The notes beneath the pieces were generated by a model. It saw nothing but the letters and a program-made list of their open reading frames with translations, searched no databases and had not been told where the DNA came from. Source: the human T2T-CHM13v2.0 reference genome, Homo sapiens. From it: DNA of 64,000 nt. Positions 1-15,242 of the stretch are shown one piece after another. Within the stretch, counting starts at the first letter, position 1. Each line of letters starts with the position of its first letter. The position numbers and the translations under genes are program-made. The DNA is taken from the NCBI RefSeq assembly GCF_009914755.1, contig NC_060930.1, one strand, 5' to 3'.

Positions 1-3000
1 TTCTTTGAGACAGATTTATAAATGATTTCTTAAGTTATTTGGGTCTCCAGGTAGCCAAAAGAATAATGATACCCTAACATGTTTCTTTTAATTTATTGGA
101 AATAACGATGACATTAATCATCATCAGAACTAAAGGAATACTGTAAAGTAGATTCAAAAACACCAATTTATATGCTTAATAAAAATTAATTTATGATGAG
201 TAAAGCCAAAAACCCAATTCTGAATTTTATTTTTGAATGTAGTTAAGATGCACCAAGTGAAGGTGGAGATGTAGGTAACCTCTGGGACCATGACAGTAGT
301 GATGATGAGGAGATAAATATCCACAACTCCAACCCCACACCATGACTCTATGAAAAGAACTTCCTATCTTATCCTCATCATTTAGGTCTTTGGATTTTCC
401 AGCCCCTATTTTGTATTGGTCCTGAATTAAACCTGGTTACTTTCATGGTATCACCTTTATTTTCTTCCTTTGCTTTAAAACATTGGTTGTGGCTTTTTTA
501 CTTCCTCTTCATACCTGTTGATATACTGGTTCTAGACACCACTCTCACCGCTAGTTGCCTGGCCCAGCTGCCAATACTGATGGCCAAAATAAGCAATTTA
601 GTAAAAACTGGTGGTAATGGTGGGTGTGTGTGTGTGGGGGGGGTAATAAAATACAATCTTACCATTTATCTTTTATGTAATGTTTTGAGAAAACTGTATT
701 TTGGGTAACTTACTAAAACTTCTTTTAGTCAGTAAAACTGCATCTCATCCATTGCGGATGTTCTTGGTACAAGATTTCTCCTATGAGGGACTACAAATTA
801 TTGGGTCTCTTGAAACTGGAAACAGACTCTCACTCTTCCAGTAGTATATAAACACACTGGAGGGCTCCTGGTAAGGGCCCTAGGAGTGCTTCAGAAGTAC
901 GGTACATCACCAAGTACAATATGGGGAAGAGCTTCAGAGCCATAGAATCCTTTTTCCTGCATATTTAAAATTCCAAATGCCATAATTACCCATTTATGAT
1001 GTCATTTTGGAACATATAGCAAGACTACTGAATGCTTAAATTTACACATTATCTTGACTAGTTCATTGTTTTTCTGGGTTTTAGAAACACGTGGTGAAGA
1101 TATGGCTCAAATTTCTTTTGAACCACTGGGTCTGCTTTGCTAAATGTAACTTTACAACAAAATGGATGTTTATACTGGTAAATATCCACAAGATATTTGG
1201 GAAGGCCGGAATGGAAGTCTGCCTGATTCGGTGTATAATTTTGTGGGCAAAGATAACATAACAGAAAGTACATCTTGATATTTGGAAAAAAAAGATCATT
1301 TTGCCAAAGATGTTTCCTTAAAGTATAGGTTGCAAACTCTTGGACAGAATCTGGCCTGGGGAGACATGTTTTGCTTGGCTTTCATAGTATTCAAAAAGAA
1401 TAAAAAGGAAATGAGTTTGGCCCCCTAAGTCAGAGACTGTGTTCTCTGGTTGTCCACACCACCTTCCACTGCTTATTACCTTAGTTATTCCCATTACTTC
1501 TTGAGGTCATGAGATATTTGTTTCGTGACTCTTGCTAAATGAAAGCTCTTTGCAGTCTGTGATTTGTGTACCTCATCCTTTAAGTTGTTGTCACACTGGG
1601 AAGATGAACCTCCTTTTCTTCCTTTTTCTTTTTATTCTTGGCTTCTTTTCCAATTCGGGCAATAGCAGGCCTCAAGTGGACTTTGGGAAAGGACAAATGG
1701 AAGGATAGGAGGAAAGCACGTCCATGCTCTCCAGCAGTGGTCCTTGGCTGTCAGAAGGGATGGAGACAACCAGGGGAAAGCATCCTCACTGCCAGTCTGT
1801 GGCCAGGGGAGGAGGGGGAAAGAAAACTTGTTACTCAACTTGCCTTCCTGTCTGCTTGCTTCTTGTCCCTGTATTTTTCAGACATTTGCAGCTGAGGCCA
1901 ATTTATCCCTACTCATTCACTCAGCAAATAGTTTTGAGGTCTGCTGAATGTGGAGCATCATACCCTGAGAGTGGTAGGCAGTAGGGGAAGATACCACGAG
2001 AATACACGAATCCACCACTATCATGGGTCTTCATTTCACGAGTGTGGTTTTAGCTTACTTATGAGACTTTCACGTTTCATCTGTATCCTTTCTTACCCAG
2101 CCTTATTATCTCCCTAGAATTATTATTCTTATTTCTTAAAGGTTAGCTCTTCGGTTGAGAGTACACAGTGGTTGCTTAACACTTTCTTCTGGATGTTAAG
2201 TAGATTATTCTTAGAGACCTGCTTTTCTTTTGAGTGATCAGGATAATTTTCAGCATTTTTTTTCAGTAGGCTCTATTAGCTTTAGTCTATGTTTTGCTTC
2301 CTTTACTAATCTTTGAATAGGGCAGTATCAGTTTGTACAGGCTCATTTGCCCATAACCAGAAGGTGGGGTTCGCTTTGATTCTGCTCTCAATTTGTTTGC
2401 TGTGGGAATCTCCTCAGGTTTCCACCCAAAGGGTAGAGCGTGCAGTTCCCATCTTGATCTCTGGTGTAGAAGCTCTGCTGTACAGGTAAGGTCTTCTCCT
2501 GTGCTGCCAGCTTTCCACTTGTTTTTCTGCCACTGAGCTAGGGTCACACACTGAAGGGCCTGCAGAGATTAGACAGATGAAACAAAATTAGTGAAGCAGT
2601 ATGCAACCTATGGTAGCTGTGGAAGGGATTTAAAGGCAGTATTTCTAAAGTGCTTCGTCCTTTTAAGTGGAATTTGCCCATGACCAAATATGGTATTTGG
2701 GTATTTAGTATGATGCCCTGGCTCTAAAACAGTGTTTCTTAAATTTTTCTGAATTTTTTTGACCGTGGTAACACACAAACACACACGCACACACATATGA
2801 CTATTTTAAACCAGAAGTCCAGTATTTTACATCTTTTGGAGTCCTCTGAGAATCAACTCTCAGAACTGAGATTCCTTATTTCAGGGATTTGAACATTTAG
2901 TAGCTTTTGGCAAATATATTCCCAAAATATTTCTCAAAAGACTTAATGGCAGTTTACATGGCCTTTGGCAATGTAAGGAAGATTTTAACTATATTCCTTT

Positions 3001-3570
3001 GTCAGAATTTAAATTTAAATTACTTTGTGACATTAATGGGTGAAATGCCACTTTGTCCTTACTTTTAAACTTATTTTTAAAAATTAATGGAGCAATAGAA
3101 CATTTTCTTTGTTTAGCAGTGGTATTTTCTCTTTTATAATAACTATTTTATTCATAGACAATATAGCAAAGTGATCAACTTTTTATGATGAGGTGAGCCA
3201 AGCACAAAATCTTCTTGGATCACTCCTTAAAAAAATAAAATACTGTCATTCACAACCTAAGCTATTGTAAGTATATCTCACTTCTTCTGGTATAATAGAC
3301 AGAAACATGTTACTGTTATAGTCCTTGTCAATGAAAGCATTGCAGAATAAAGAATTGTAAATCAAATAGGAATGGATTGTTGATATTTTTGTGCATTATG
3401 AGGAAAGAAAATTACTCAGCTCTTTCCCTGAACAAAAGGATTTAAACCTAGATAAAAATTGATTTTTAAATATTAAATTGTATTTCTGGAGAACTATTAT
3501 TATTGTATCTTCTCACTAATATCCTATTAGCAATAATGTAATTTTTGACCTTAAGATTTTTGTGCCTCTG

Positions 3571-3640
3571 TTGTGCCACTGCTCTCCATTGGGCGTGACA
3601 GAGCGAGACCTTGTCTCAAAACAAACAAATGAATAAAACA
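3571..3640 (+). mobile_element. Short 3' Alu fragment with A-rich tail
   Basis: ttgtgccactgctctcca...gacagagcgagaccttgtctcaaaacaaacaaa matches the Alu right-arm 3' end. Confidence 0.8.
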
Positions 3641-5264
3641 CAATAAATTTCTCCTCTGTATTCCTACCTTCTCTATTAAGTAATCAATGAATATGTTACG
3701 GAAAAATAGTACTATTTCTGCTAAAGAATTCTTTTCCTGAATCCATTTGTCACATTAATAACTTAGATACATAATTAAAACCCTCTTATCTTGGTTTTAA
3801 TGAAAGCACGTAAGTTATATATTTTGTTTTTCTCTGTGCCATCTTAGTTATATACACTAAAAAAGATATGTGTAATTTTTGCTGAAATATCCTTTGAGTT
3901 TTACTCCAGCACTTTTTTGAGTCATACCCAAAAACCCAAAAGATTTTAAGCCTTGCCCATGTATTATGAACTACACATAATTTTTGCTTCACAATGGGCC
4001 AAAAATTCATTTATTCCAGCAGAATTGGACCAAGTTTTAGAAAATAGGACCATTTATCCATGGTGATACAGAAGTGTAGCAGTGTTTATACTTTTGATCA
4101 TTCCTTAGGGAAGCATGACCTTGGTAGACAACCAGCTGGCTTCAGGGAAAATTGTACCCTTGATACGTGCTTAAAACAGCAGTGTAAAATGTAACTGGCT
4201 GACAATCTTGGTTTTGGTTAGGGTCACTTTCTTCTTATTCACGGTATGCTGGGAGTACAAGGGATGATGTCAGTTTCTACCCTTTAGAACTCTTATGATG
4301 GCCAGACATAGTATTTCCCTCTGTTGTCAACACTTGAGAAAAATTTGCCAAGTGGGGACTTACGAATTGAAAAGCAGAGGATATTAGTAATTGTTGTTTT
4401 AAGAAGAGAAAAATTCATTTTTCAATTTTTTTTAGAAAAGAACAAAGGAGTTGAAATTTAAAATTCTAGAAAAACTTGTTTCTAACAAAAATAAATTGAT
4501 TTTTAATACCAGTATCATGCCTTTCCTTGTTACTTATCACTTAAAATAATCTTTAAATTAATTTCTTTCTTTCTTGGGTATGCTTTGCCCTAGGGCATTG
4601 TGGCAACATATATAGTACAACCCTTTAGGGACCTGAGTTAACTCGTCTTTGCTTCCCCAGTATTAGCACATGTGGTTCAAGAAATTGTTTTAATATGAAC
4701 TGATGACCTTTGGAATTTATACAACATTAAAAGTTAATTGAGAGATTGTATGTAATAAATAAGATGATGAAAGTGATTTCCTGGTTTGTACTAATATAAT
4801 GTTCAAATTTTCTTATTTGGCATTATTTATCTCCTAATTACTGGCACAATATGGAGCAAAGCTATGAGGCTCAGAGGTTTTCTAGTGTGTAACTTGTCTC
4901 TTTTGTTTCTGTAGCAGTGAATTATAGGTGCTGTTACCATGTATAAGTTTTCTCTAAGATTCTGGTTAGCTGATTTACCGTTGAAGATTTTTCAGGAGAG
5001 GAGTGCTGTCATGGATAAGCAGTCTGGCAGAGGATGTGTGACATTGATGATGTCAGGAAAATTTTTCCCTGTGTCTCTTTCAGAATGGAGGATGGTGAGG
5101 AAACCAGAACGTGATGCTTTTTAAGAAAAGAGGACATGGTAAACAATTGAGATTTGATTATATATTTTTCCATATGGAATATCATATTCTGAAAAGATTT
5201 TCTTTCCAATCCTCAAAGGGACCAGTTTAAGAAATTAGATGTATTAAGCACCTTTGAAACACTA

Positions 5265-6110
5265 TATCAACAACAAAACATAAAACAGGGGGATTAAAAA
5301 ATGGAGAAAGGACTCAAATAGACATTTGTCCAAGAAAGATATGCCAGTGGCCATTAAGCACCTGGAAATTGCTTAACACCACTAATTATTAGGGAAATAC
5401 AAATCACAATCACAATGAGATACCACCTCGTTCCCATTGGGATGGCTACTGTCAAAACTACAGAAAATAAGTGTTGGTACAGATGTGGAGAAATTGCATC
5501 TCTTGTGCACTGTTGGTGGGAATGTAAAATGGTATAGCCTCTGTGGAAATTACTATGACTATTTCTGAAAATATTAAACAATTATGGCATGACCCAGCAA
5601 TTCCACTTCTGGGTATATATACAAAAGAAGTGAAAGCAGGGACTCAAACAGATATTTGTACACCTATGCTCATTGCAGCAGTACTCACAGTAGCCAGAAG
5701 GTAAAAGGAACTTAAGCATCCATTGATAGATGAATGTATAAACAAAATGTGATATATACATACAGTGGGATATTACTGTTTCAAAGGAGGGAAATTTTGA
5801 CACATGATACAGCATAGATGAACCTTGAAAACATTATGCAACGTGAAATAAGGCAGTCACAAGATGACAAATATTGTATGAACCCATTTATATAAGGTTC
5901 CTAAACCAGTCAGATTCATAGAGACAGAAAGTAGAATGACACCAAGGGCTTGGAAGAAGAGGGAATGAGGAGTTATTGTTTAATGGCTACAGAGTTTTGC
6001 TAGGGAAGATAGATAAGGACTAGAGACGGATGGTCGTGATGGTTGTGTAATAATGTGAATGTACTTAATGCCACAGAACTGTACAATTAAAAATGATTAA
6101 AAGGGGAAAA
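5265..6110 (+). mobile_element. Old L1 (L1MB-type) 3' end: ORF2 C-terminus plus 3'UTR
   Basis: aatagacatttgtccaagaaagat, caatgagataccacctc, gacccagcaattccacttctgggtatata, gaaccttgaaaacattatg and gtacttaatgccacagaactgtac are L1M 3' hallmarks. Confidence 0.88.
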
Positions 6111-9100
6111 CAAAACTATCTTTATGGAATTTTTCAGTCAGCTTGTAATTATAACCTGAATGCTAAACTTGGAACAATATAATAGGTATTAACACCATGG
6201 TAACAACACTTGAATGAAGGTAAACTGCTGGAATTAATAAATGATAAATATAGTGGAATGATAATGACAGTGGTCTTTATGGTTGGTTCAGGTTCTAAAT
6301 TTGCCAAATACTGTGCAGTAACTCTTGAACTCTCACTTTTTTATTTATTAGAAGAGCATAAGCATATTTACAGTAAGGCTTTAGTTATGTGGTACTTCCA
6401 AATGCCTCCTGCCATTGCCAACTCCAAAGAAAAAGCCTGGAAGAGCCAGGAAGGGTCTTCTAAGGACAGAAGGTGTGGAAGATGCAGCACCCTGATTGTG
6501 TCTCAAAAGTACAACTTGGCTTTGTAGTAGACCTTTTCAACAGTTTTCTAAAATTCTATGACATGGAAGTCAACAGTATTAATAGCCAAATCACATGTTA
6601 CAATTTATTTTCTTCATAGAAACAGATTGAGTTGAGATGGAGATTAGGAATAAGTTTATGAAAATGTTTTTAAAAACTGATGGAAAAGAGTGAAGATACA
6701 AAAACAACCTGACAAGCAGCTACTTCAATCTTTGAAATATTGTTTTGGCAGAAATAATTATGTTGCTACCTACAGGTGGTTATGCTTTGTTTGATGTTTA
6801 AGCTGACAGGGAAATGGGGCAAAAAACTTTTGAAAGCATTTATTTACTATTTACCCATGTTTAACTACATCTCTAATAAATGTCCTCTAGTCCAGTACAA
6901 TACCTTTGCCGCCATTGTGACCTTTTTTCAGTAGGAACGGGAAGCTTGTGTTCAGTACTAACTCAGTGTTTGTGTATTTGTTACCATCATGCATGTTTAA
7001 AAAGGTACACAGAAGCATGTATTGTACTGCGAACTCGTTATTCTAAAACAAGTCTGGAATAGGAAAAAATAGGTGGAGAGAGTTGGCCCAGGGCAGTCCT
7101 CTATTACAATTAGAACGATTAGAGCTTAGGTTATAGGACTTCTCTTTCAGCATCCTAATAACATTACTGGTCCCCTCTAAGATATGAAAGACATCAGAGA
7201 CTTCCAGTCTTGAAGAGTTATTCATGTAAATTACTGTGTCTGTGTGCTTTTTGGGGGGATCAATATAAGCAACATTTATTGAGCGGCCACATATACAATG
7301 TATTAGGTATTCTAGTTAGGTACAGAATATTTGTTAGTTCTGAATTCCATGCTCTTGAATGATTTGGAGTGCTGAAGGAGATAGTATAGAGACCACCACC
7401 ACCCCCCGCCCATGAAAAAAAATTCCTCAAAACAAAGAAACAAAGATACTTAGGTCCTTTTCTAAGCTGTTTATCTTTTACTAATATACAAAGGGCATAA
7501 TTTGCTCAATGTAATATCTATTTGCCATGTGCTGTGTTCTTCAGTAGGCATTGTAAGTAAGAGTTTCTGTCTTCAAACTTGTAATTTAGAGTGAGGTTGG
7601 AGGATTAGACATATCTATACAGTGCTGTGCTATGAGGTAAATTGTGTGTCTTCCTAAGAGAGAGAGTTGAAGCAGAGTGTGCTGCCTTCACCTTATTACT
7701 GTACTTGATTCTTGCCCTTGTAACCTGGTTTTAGGTTTCATATAATATTTTGCATTGTCAGCTCCCTGAAATTCTACTGGGAAATGGTTACGAGTACATA
7801 GACAATCTGACAAGAAAAAGGAGGAAAGGTACCATGGGGTTTAATATAAGGGAAAGCCCAGCTGGTTGCGGGGACCAGGGAGAAAGAGTTGTATGAGATG
7901 GGTCTTGAGGGAGGGATAGAATGTCTGCCAGTGTGGGGAAGGAAGTCTGAGGTGGAAAACCATCAATCACATTCAGAGTTGTGAGGGGACTGACATGCCT
8001 GGAGCATAGAGGGACTATTAGAAAGCAAGTTGGAAAGGTAAGGTCGATTAACTGACAGGAACATGTTTATCTGAAATATTTTGAAGTAGCTTTCAGAAAG
8101 ATGTCCACTTTTAATTTTGCAAAAGCAGTTTTCTTAGGTTCTTCAGTATTTCAGTTCTGATTATACAAATCATTGAGGAAAAAATGAACCAGTGAGGATG
8201 TACAAAAATTTCCCAAATGTTTTATTTCTTTGTCAACATTATTTGCTTATTTTTCAGCTCTTCATGTAATTGTCTTTGTGCTCTGCTTGTTCCCTTTTGT
8301 ACTTTTTCCACACGGGTGATAAAGCCCTGACAATTTAGTTTTTCTTGGTTTACACTTTCCTACAATACTAAAATATGTGTAACCCCCTCACTAACATCTT
8401 TGCCAAAATGGAGTTTTCAAGACATTCTCTGAAGCTCAGGACTGTTTTTTTGTTGTTGTTTAGCATTGGCATTTCTCCAGCGGAATACTAGCCAGTGGTC
8501 CAGTCATGTGTGGAGGAGGTCATGCTGATTAACAAATTACTAGGCATATATTAATATGTTTGCTAACCTGTGATTAATTGTGAGGTTTTTCTGGCTAACT
8601 TGTTACATGCACTTGGCTACAAAACAAGAAAACGTCTCAAAAAATGTATCTAATTCAGTTGCGTTGATATTTGAAGTTCATCAAAATTCTATCCTTAATG
8701 ATTCTAAATTGTATAAATAATATGTTCTTGATTAATGAAGTATACGTGCTATGATTTTACCATTAGTTGTACTTATATGTATGCATTACATATATGAGGT
8801 TCTCTTGATTTCAGAAGGAACTGATACAGACCAGCTTTGGTGTTTCTTTTGCTTTTTATTAGCTTTATATTCGGATAGAAAATATTAAAAGGGCTATAAA
8901 TTGCCTATCCAAAATATTGCTTTTTTTTAACCTTATCAGCAGGCAGAATAGTTGCTGTACTTGGTGTAGGTAAGGTTCAGTTGTCTGTAAGAAAACAATC
9001 TTGCTATAGATTTTGAGGAAGAAATAAAATAAAAAATATAGATAGATGATAAATGTTTTGCTTTTCAAATGTCGATGTTGTACTTTCAGGAATATGGAAG

Positions 9101-12100
9101 CTTTATGGTTTGCCTATCTGTATCAGTTCTCCTAGAATAACAACTTAACAGTTTTCCTGGTTGGATTGTGTTAAAATCTTTAAAGGCTATATTCACTAAA
9201 ACATATGTCTAATGTTTGGGCAGCCAAAGTCTGTGCAATCATTTTAACAGAGTATAACTTAGCAGCTCTCTTATTACCACAAATATCTTATTGTTAAAAC
9301 TACATTAAAATACCATCAATTTGGAACATGCTACTTCATAATTAAATCATTCTGGGATGTGATCAAGTATATACTTCTGAACTACCTTAAAAATGGATTG
9401 TGCTAAGAATGCAATAGCATAAATAAATTAAAAGAGAACATGCATAATAAAGTTAAACGATTTGTTTTAATGGAGTTTTTATCTAGTTAACTTTTCTTGA
9501 GTGTCTACAATGTTCAGAGCACTGTGCTAGACATTCTGCATTGGTTAATTTATGGTCATTCATAAAGACGTTTGGGTAGAAAGAAAATGGGTAATGGGGA
9601 AAAGTCATAGAGTGGCCAAACCAGAAACAAGTTTAGAGTTCCAGCAGAACAGGGATGCCTTGATATATCTGCCTTTGGCAATGCCGTGTGTACGGAGCTG
9701 GGATTCTGATTGCTCCTATTGTGATAGTATGCCACTAATGCTCTGTTGGACGGAATGACTAACTGAAGTGGTGAGAAAACTGCGAGCCTTTCAGGACTGT
9801 TTTTAATGCTTTTTTGACAAATCTTTTAGAACAAATCTTTTGTTCCTTTGCAGGGAACAAAGTCCTTTTGTTTTATGGTAGAGGAGTTATTCAGGGTCCT
9901 GATCTTCAATTGGCTTAGCTTTCCCTGATGCCATTTGTCACCCGTAACTCATTGGTGCTCCATCTGCCATAGCCCGGAATCCAGGAACAGTACTCGGTGG
10001 TAAAAAGTTGGAGAAGTAGATACTTGCAAATCCAGCCTTACGTGATCTTTCCTGGCTTTGATAGGTTCAGCTTTCATCCTGAAAAGTTGTTTAAACACTT
10101 TTAATTTGTTTCAAGTGATGAAATGAATTTATCTCAGAAGAAAATTTAAAAACTTTAAAATTTATTTTATTTGGAAGAAAATATTTTTTAAATGATTATT
10201 AGCATTGTATCTACAATTATTTATCTTAAAAAGGTAAATGGCCATCTCCATTGAAACATACTGCATTAATTTTTACTAAGGACATCAAAATGCTAAATAT
10301 GGTTAGGGGAATTTCTTGACAGTTACATATTATTTTGCCTAGATATGTGAACATTAAAAGCCTATTAAAGGGGACAAAAATATGTACTTTAATCAGAATA
10401 TCTAATTAAAATAGACAGAATAGAAAGAAATAACATTCTCTTGTTTTGTAGATTTATAATGATCTCATTTTCACTATACTAACATTGTTAATAATTTCCA
10501 AAGTAGTATAGAAAAGCAGTCTTCAGGAATTTTATCAAGTTAAAATTGTGAATGATAAAAAGCATATAACAAATTTCTACTATACCTCACAAAATGATTG
10601 AACTGTTTTCAGACAGTTCAGTATATGCTAATTGAGTGTGACTGAAAGTATCAGTCTTCTAAATTTTTGCATTTTCAGAATTTTGACATAATACATTTTA
10701 ATACTTTTAGACATTGGCAATGATTTTTAAGAAGCAAAAATGAATCATAAGTGCTTTCCAAATTAAGTGAAGTAATTGTAAAATACTCAGCTCAGAGCCT
10801 AGCACATAGCAATTTTTGTGACAATCATTGTTTATGATTGTGATTGTTACTTCTGACTCCTCTCTTCTTGCTGCACTATTTTTGTTCCATTTGTTTGTAG
10901 ACAAGTGGCAATTTCCACAAACTCAAAGTGTGATTACTTTTATTGTATTTTTCCTCTAGTTCTTGGTGTTTTAGAAATTTCTGGAATTATTTCCATATCT
11001 GTCAGCCTAACTCCTCATCTGAGAGCACACAATTTTTGTAATGCACATACAGAGGTGTTGAAGAACTTGAACTTGTCTGATGCCAGTAGTTTATTGCTCA
11101 TTTTGTCAAGTATCTAACGGCTTTGAGGGCCAAGTGATGAGCTGGATATGGTCCTGACCTGGAGCAGATCACACAGAGTGGGATGGGAAGACTGGCTCCC
11201 TGCGTTGTTAGTGTGCCTGTTTGCTGCTGGAGTTTGGATCTCAGGATTCCTTTGTTTCTGAAGCTAGTCCTAAGATATCACAAAAACATTATTATGTTTT
11301 TTGAGAAGATTATAACTACAAAATAACATGTATTTTTAAATCTTTGGCACTAATTCAAGGGCTTTCCCTTTATTTTTATTTATTTTAGACTTACTAGAAT
11401 ACTTTCAGTGATCTAAACATACATAAAGCAAAAAGTAAAAGTCTCTTTCCTACACTTCCTTCACTGCATTGCTCGGGAGAAACTATTTTTGATATTTTGG
11501 AATGAAAGTTTCTGGACTGTTTATACATGTTGGCTCGATGTACATGTTGAAAAGATACGTTGCTTGGTGTGCTCACTGCTGTGGTGGTTGTTTTTTACAA
11601 AATATAAGATTATATCGTCCTGCAACTTACTCATTTTACCAGTTAATTTGTCATGGCTGTCTTTACATGTCCTTAGTCTTTTTCATGGCTGCATAATACT
11701 CTACTATGTTGATGCATATTGGTCTATTTAGTCATTCCTCTGCTGAGGAGTGCTCAGAAGGGCTCCAAATTTTATCTGCTTACAAATCATGTTGAATCAA
11801 CCTCAAATGTTGGAAGCTTTTGTCCTTGGTCATCTGTGCTTGATTTCACCATCCACTCTGTGGCCATCTGCATAGGCTATAGGATACATAGGCCACCTGC
11901 CCTGGTTGCTTGTTTGCTTTCAGGGATTATTCTAAAGGTTGTCATTTGATTTTGGATAGGCCTGAGCTCAGACAAAAAGGAACAATTTGGTTGTGTAGGG
12001 TTTTAGGGTACCAGCATTTTTATAGAAGTTTCTTATTTCTACCTGCTCAAAATTTAAGATGCACCAGATAGCTTGGATGGATTTTGGCTGTCATCCTTAG

Positions 12101-12154
12101 ATACTTTTATGTTGGCCAAGTTCTGAGTTTCAGAGCTATAAGAGTGGTCTGATT

Positions 12155-12239
12155 CGGAGGTTGCAGTGAGCCGACATGGTGCCACTGCACTCCAGCCTGA
12201 GCAACAGAGTGAGACTCCATCTCAAAAAAAAAACAAAAA
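12155..12239 (+). mobile_element. 5'-truncated AluS fragment with target-site duplication
   Basis: cggaggttgcagtgagccg...gagactccatctc-poly(A), flanked by aagagtggtctgatt (12140-12154) and aagaatgatctgatt (12240-12254). Confidence 0.92.
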
Positions 12240-13508
12240 AAGAATGATCTGATTGTCAAATCTTTTTTTTTTTCATTGTTTATTCTTAAAGTCAGGACAT
12301 CTTTTAGAAAACACTTTGAAAATACATATGTTGTTTTGTGATTGTGGAATATTTTTGTCTTTTTATATTTTTGTACAGGTACATTGAAATTTAATTTGTG
12401 ACTCTTACAAATGGCATAATTAATCACAGTCATAGAAAGCCAAATACAAATATCCTAAGGTTAGCGTTTCACTGGGGTTTGAGTGGTATTCATTAAGGTG
12501 TTCATAAAATTTTATGTTCTAAAGTCACTATTTACCTAGTAGATATGGTAACTTATTTTTGTCATGGCTACTGGCCATATCTGAGAGTTTAACATATGCT
12601 AGCTGAAACTGTTGCATACTTTTTAAATTCTGAACTATAATTGCCTAGAATGAATGAAATCTTTTATTTCAATAGATATTTTTGCTTGAAAGATTTCATT
12701 TTATATTTATGAAATAGTAACAGATTTTATTAAAGGTGATGTTAAATTGTTAGAAATCTAAAGACAAAACTGCCATTTCTCTTTGGTACTATGATAATTT
12801 TTCAACATATTTTAAGCAATAACCTGCTGTTGATTTTAATAGTTTTACCTGCCAACACAGCTGGCATCCTGCTATGATATCATTGCTATACTTTTTTATT
12901 TAATATTTTACAGAGTGTATCATGCACAGTGTGGACAACCACATTGAACAACTATTGAGAATACGTACTCATTGTTTGTGACATTTTACCCTTAAAATAG
13001 AGTGTGGTCATCAACCAGATTTTAGAGCACATTAACGAAGGAGGTTTACTTTTGCAGGGATTTCTTACTGCCAAATTTTTCCTTTGCTATAGCTTTCACA
13101 TACTGTTTTTGTGTTTTCCTTTTCCATAAAACAGTATTTCTTAAGGCCATTGTTATTTATGTGCAAACAAATGAATAAAAAAAACTTTCGCTCTTTAACA
13201 TGAAGAAAAATATTAACATTGAAATATGAAATACAGCAATTCAGTTTATAACACAAACGTATCTTACAATAATGGGTATGCATTTTTAATTGCATATATG
13301 GAATTACAAATCTCATTTTTCTTTTCTACTGGGATTACAAACCATATTGAAAAAAATTTTACAGTTCAAAAATCAGATGACTGACCTGTCGAAAGCGAGT
13401 TGTAACTTATTGGCATACAATTGAATTACTGATTTTTACACTATTTATTGAATGTATATAATTTACTTTTATTACTGATTTAAAACTACCATCATATATA
13501 TAAAATAG

Positions 13509-13640
<132 letters not shown>

Positions 13641-15242
13641 TAATTTTTGGAACTGATTTCAATGCTTGTGCAATTCCACATGCCAATTCCAGAAGAAAAT
13701 AAATTACTTATCACAATATGTGAAAGCATACACTTTATGGAAATGTAGTGCATGCTTTCATATACTGTGATAAGTAAATTTTTTTTCATTTTTTATTCTG
13801 ACCACACTTTCTGTTTGTTAGTTAATGATCTAATTAATTTTCTAGAACAGATATCTTAAAATATTGAAAGCTGAAAAATTTTTTATGGGAAGAAAGTTTG
13901 GAATGAGACTACTAAATTAACTTTGCTTGTATTTGCTACGTTAACAGAAAGAAAAATCTTTTTAATTTGAATCTGTTCCCATTCCCTGTTTATATGACTT
14001 GAGGTTATGGAATTGGTTGATTGTGGAATTGATCTTAGATTTTCACAGCATTCACGTTCTAAAAATGAATCTCTCAAAAGTCAATAATTTAAATTTAATA
14101 AGTAATTTTGAAAATTATTTATTTTAGTTATTCAAATTATGCTATGGTATTGGAAATGCTTTAGAATTGTTTAAAAACCTATGTTTTTTTAAAAAAAATG
14201 CTCATTAAGATGCCACATATCAGGAAAAAATTTTATACACCTCTTTCTGGCAAGTTTTACCTAAAACCTGTATTCAAATTTATATCATAGACATATATAA
14301 GATAATTTAAGGTAGTTTCATTCTTCCTAATTTTTAAATTGAAAATTAAGTAGCCATATTTTAAATGGAAGGTGCATGTCTTTTAAATTCAGAATATCTT
14401 CGCAGTTTGCAAACACTTTACTTCTCTTTACTGGTGTGAAGATGCTTTAATTGTTAAAATATATGAATAGGGAATTCCTTTAAGAGTATATGGCTTACTA
14501 CATTGTTATAGAATTATGATATATGGATAATGGTAAGTTTTTATTTTTAGATGTTTAATTAGTAAACAATGATTTTTACCAATGAAATATCTTAAGTGCT
14601 AATTGCAAAATTAAAATATTTGTAAATTAGATGAACCCAATTTAAACATAAATGTTTTAAAAACTAGATCAAAGTAATCCATAATTATAGTCAAAAACGA
14701 AATTATTTTTACAATTTATATGTAGTCACTGATAGTAAGAAAAGCAAATATTTGAGTTTTGTAGATTTATTGTTTTCCTAGTTACTATATCAATTAAAAT
14801 TTAAAATGTACTGATTATTATTATATAACATGAGTACCTAGTATTTATTGTGTATTTTATACATTGAGTAGCATAATACAAAGATTAGGGCAATCATTTC
14901 AAGCCAGAGGCAAAACTGGAAAAAGAAACTGGATTTTCTGACTTATAGTTAATATATAGTCTACTAAACCATTTGAAAGGATAGTGACTGTTGCTAATTG
15001 AAACTTTGACAGCCTTGTTGTGTTTTGTTCACTGCTTATTGATATCTCAAAAGTTTCAATTGCATATAATTAAAAAAGGAAAACAAGTAGAACATAGTTG
15101 GAATTAGATACTATAACTCCTCTTGTGAAGTTTGCTTTCTGTAAGTGTGCTTTTAAAGTTTGATCTCTGTAAGTTATTGGTAGACTGCAATTTAATACAA
15201 CATTTTTTTAGATTGGAATGGAATTAGAAAGATAATCTAATC

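Noticed and set aside
247-345. Short acidic reading frame DAPSEGGDVGNLWDHDSSDDEE
   Set aside because: No recognisable homology or coherent splice sites; possibly an old transposon remnant
12350-12385. Long U-tract with CAG|GTACAT, recursive-site-like
   Set aside because: The reconstituted donor is very weak, and such motifs are expected by chance in AT-rich introns
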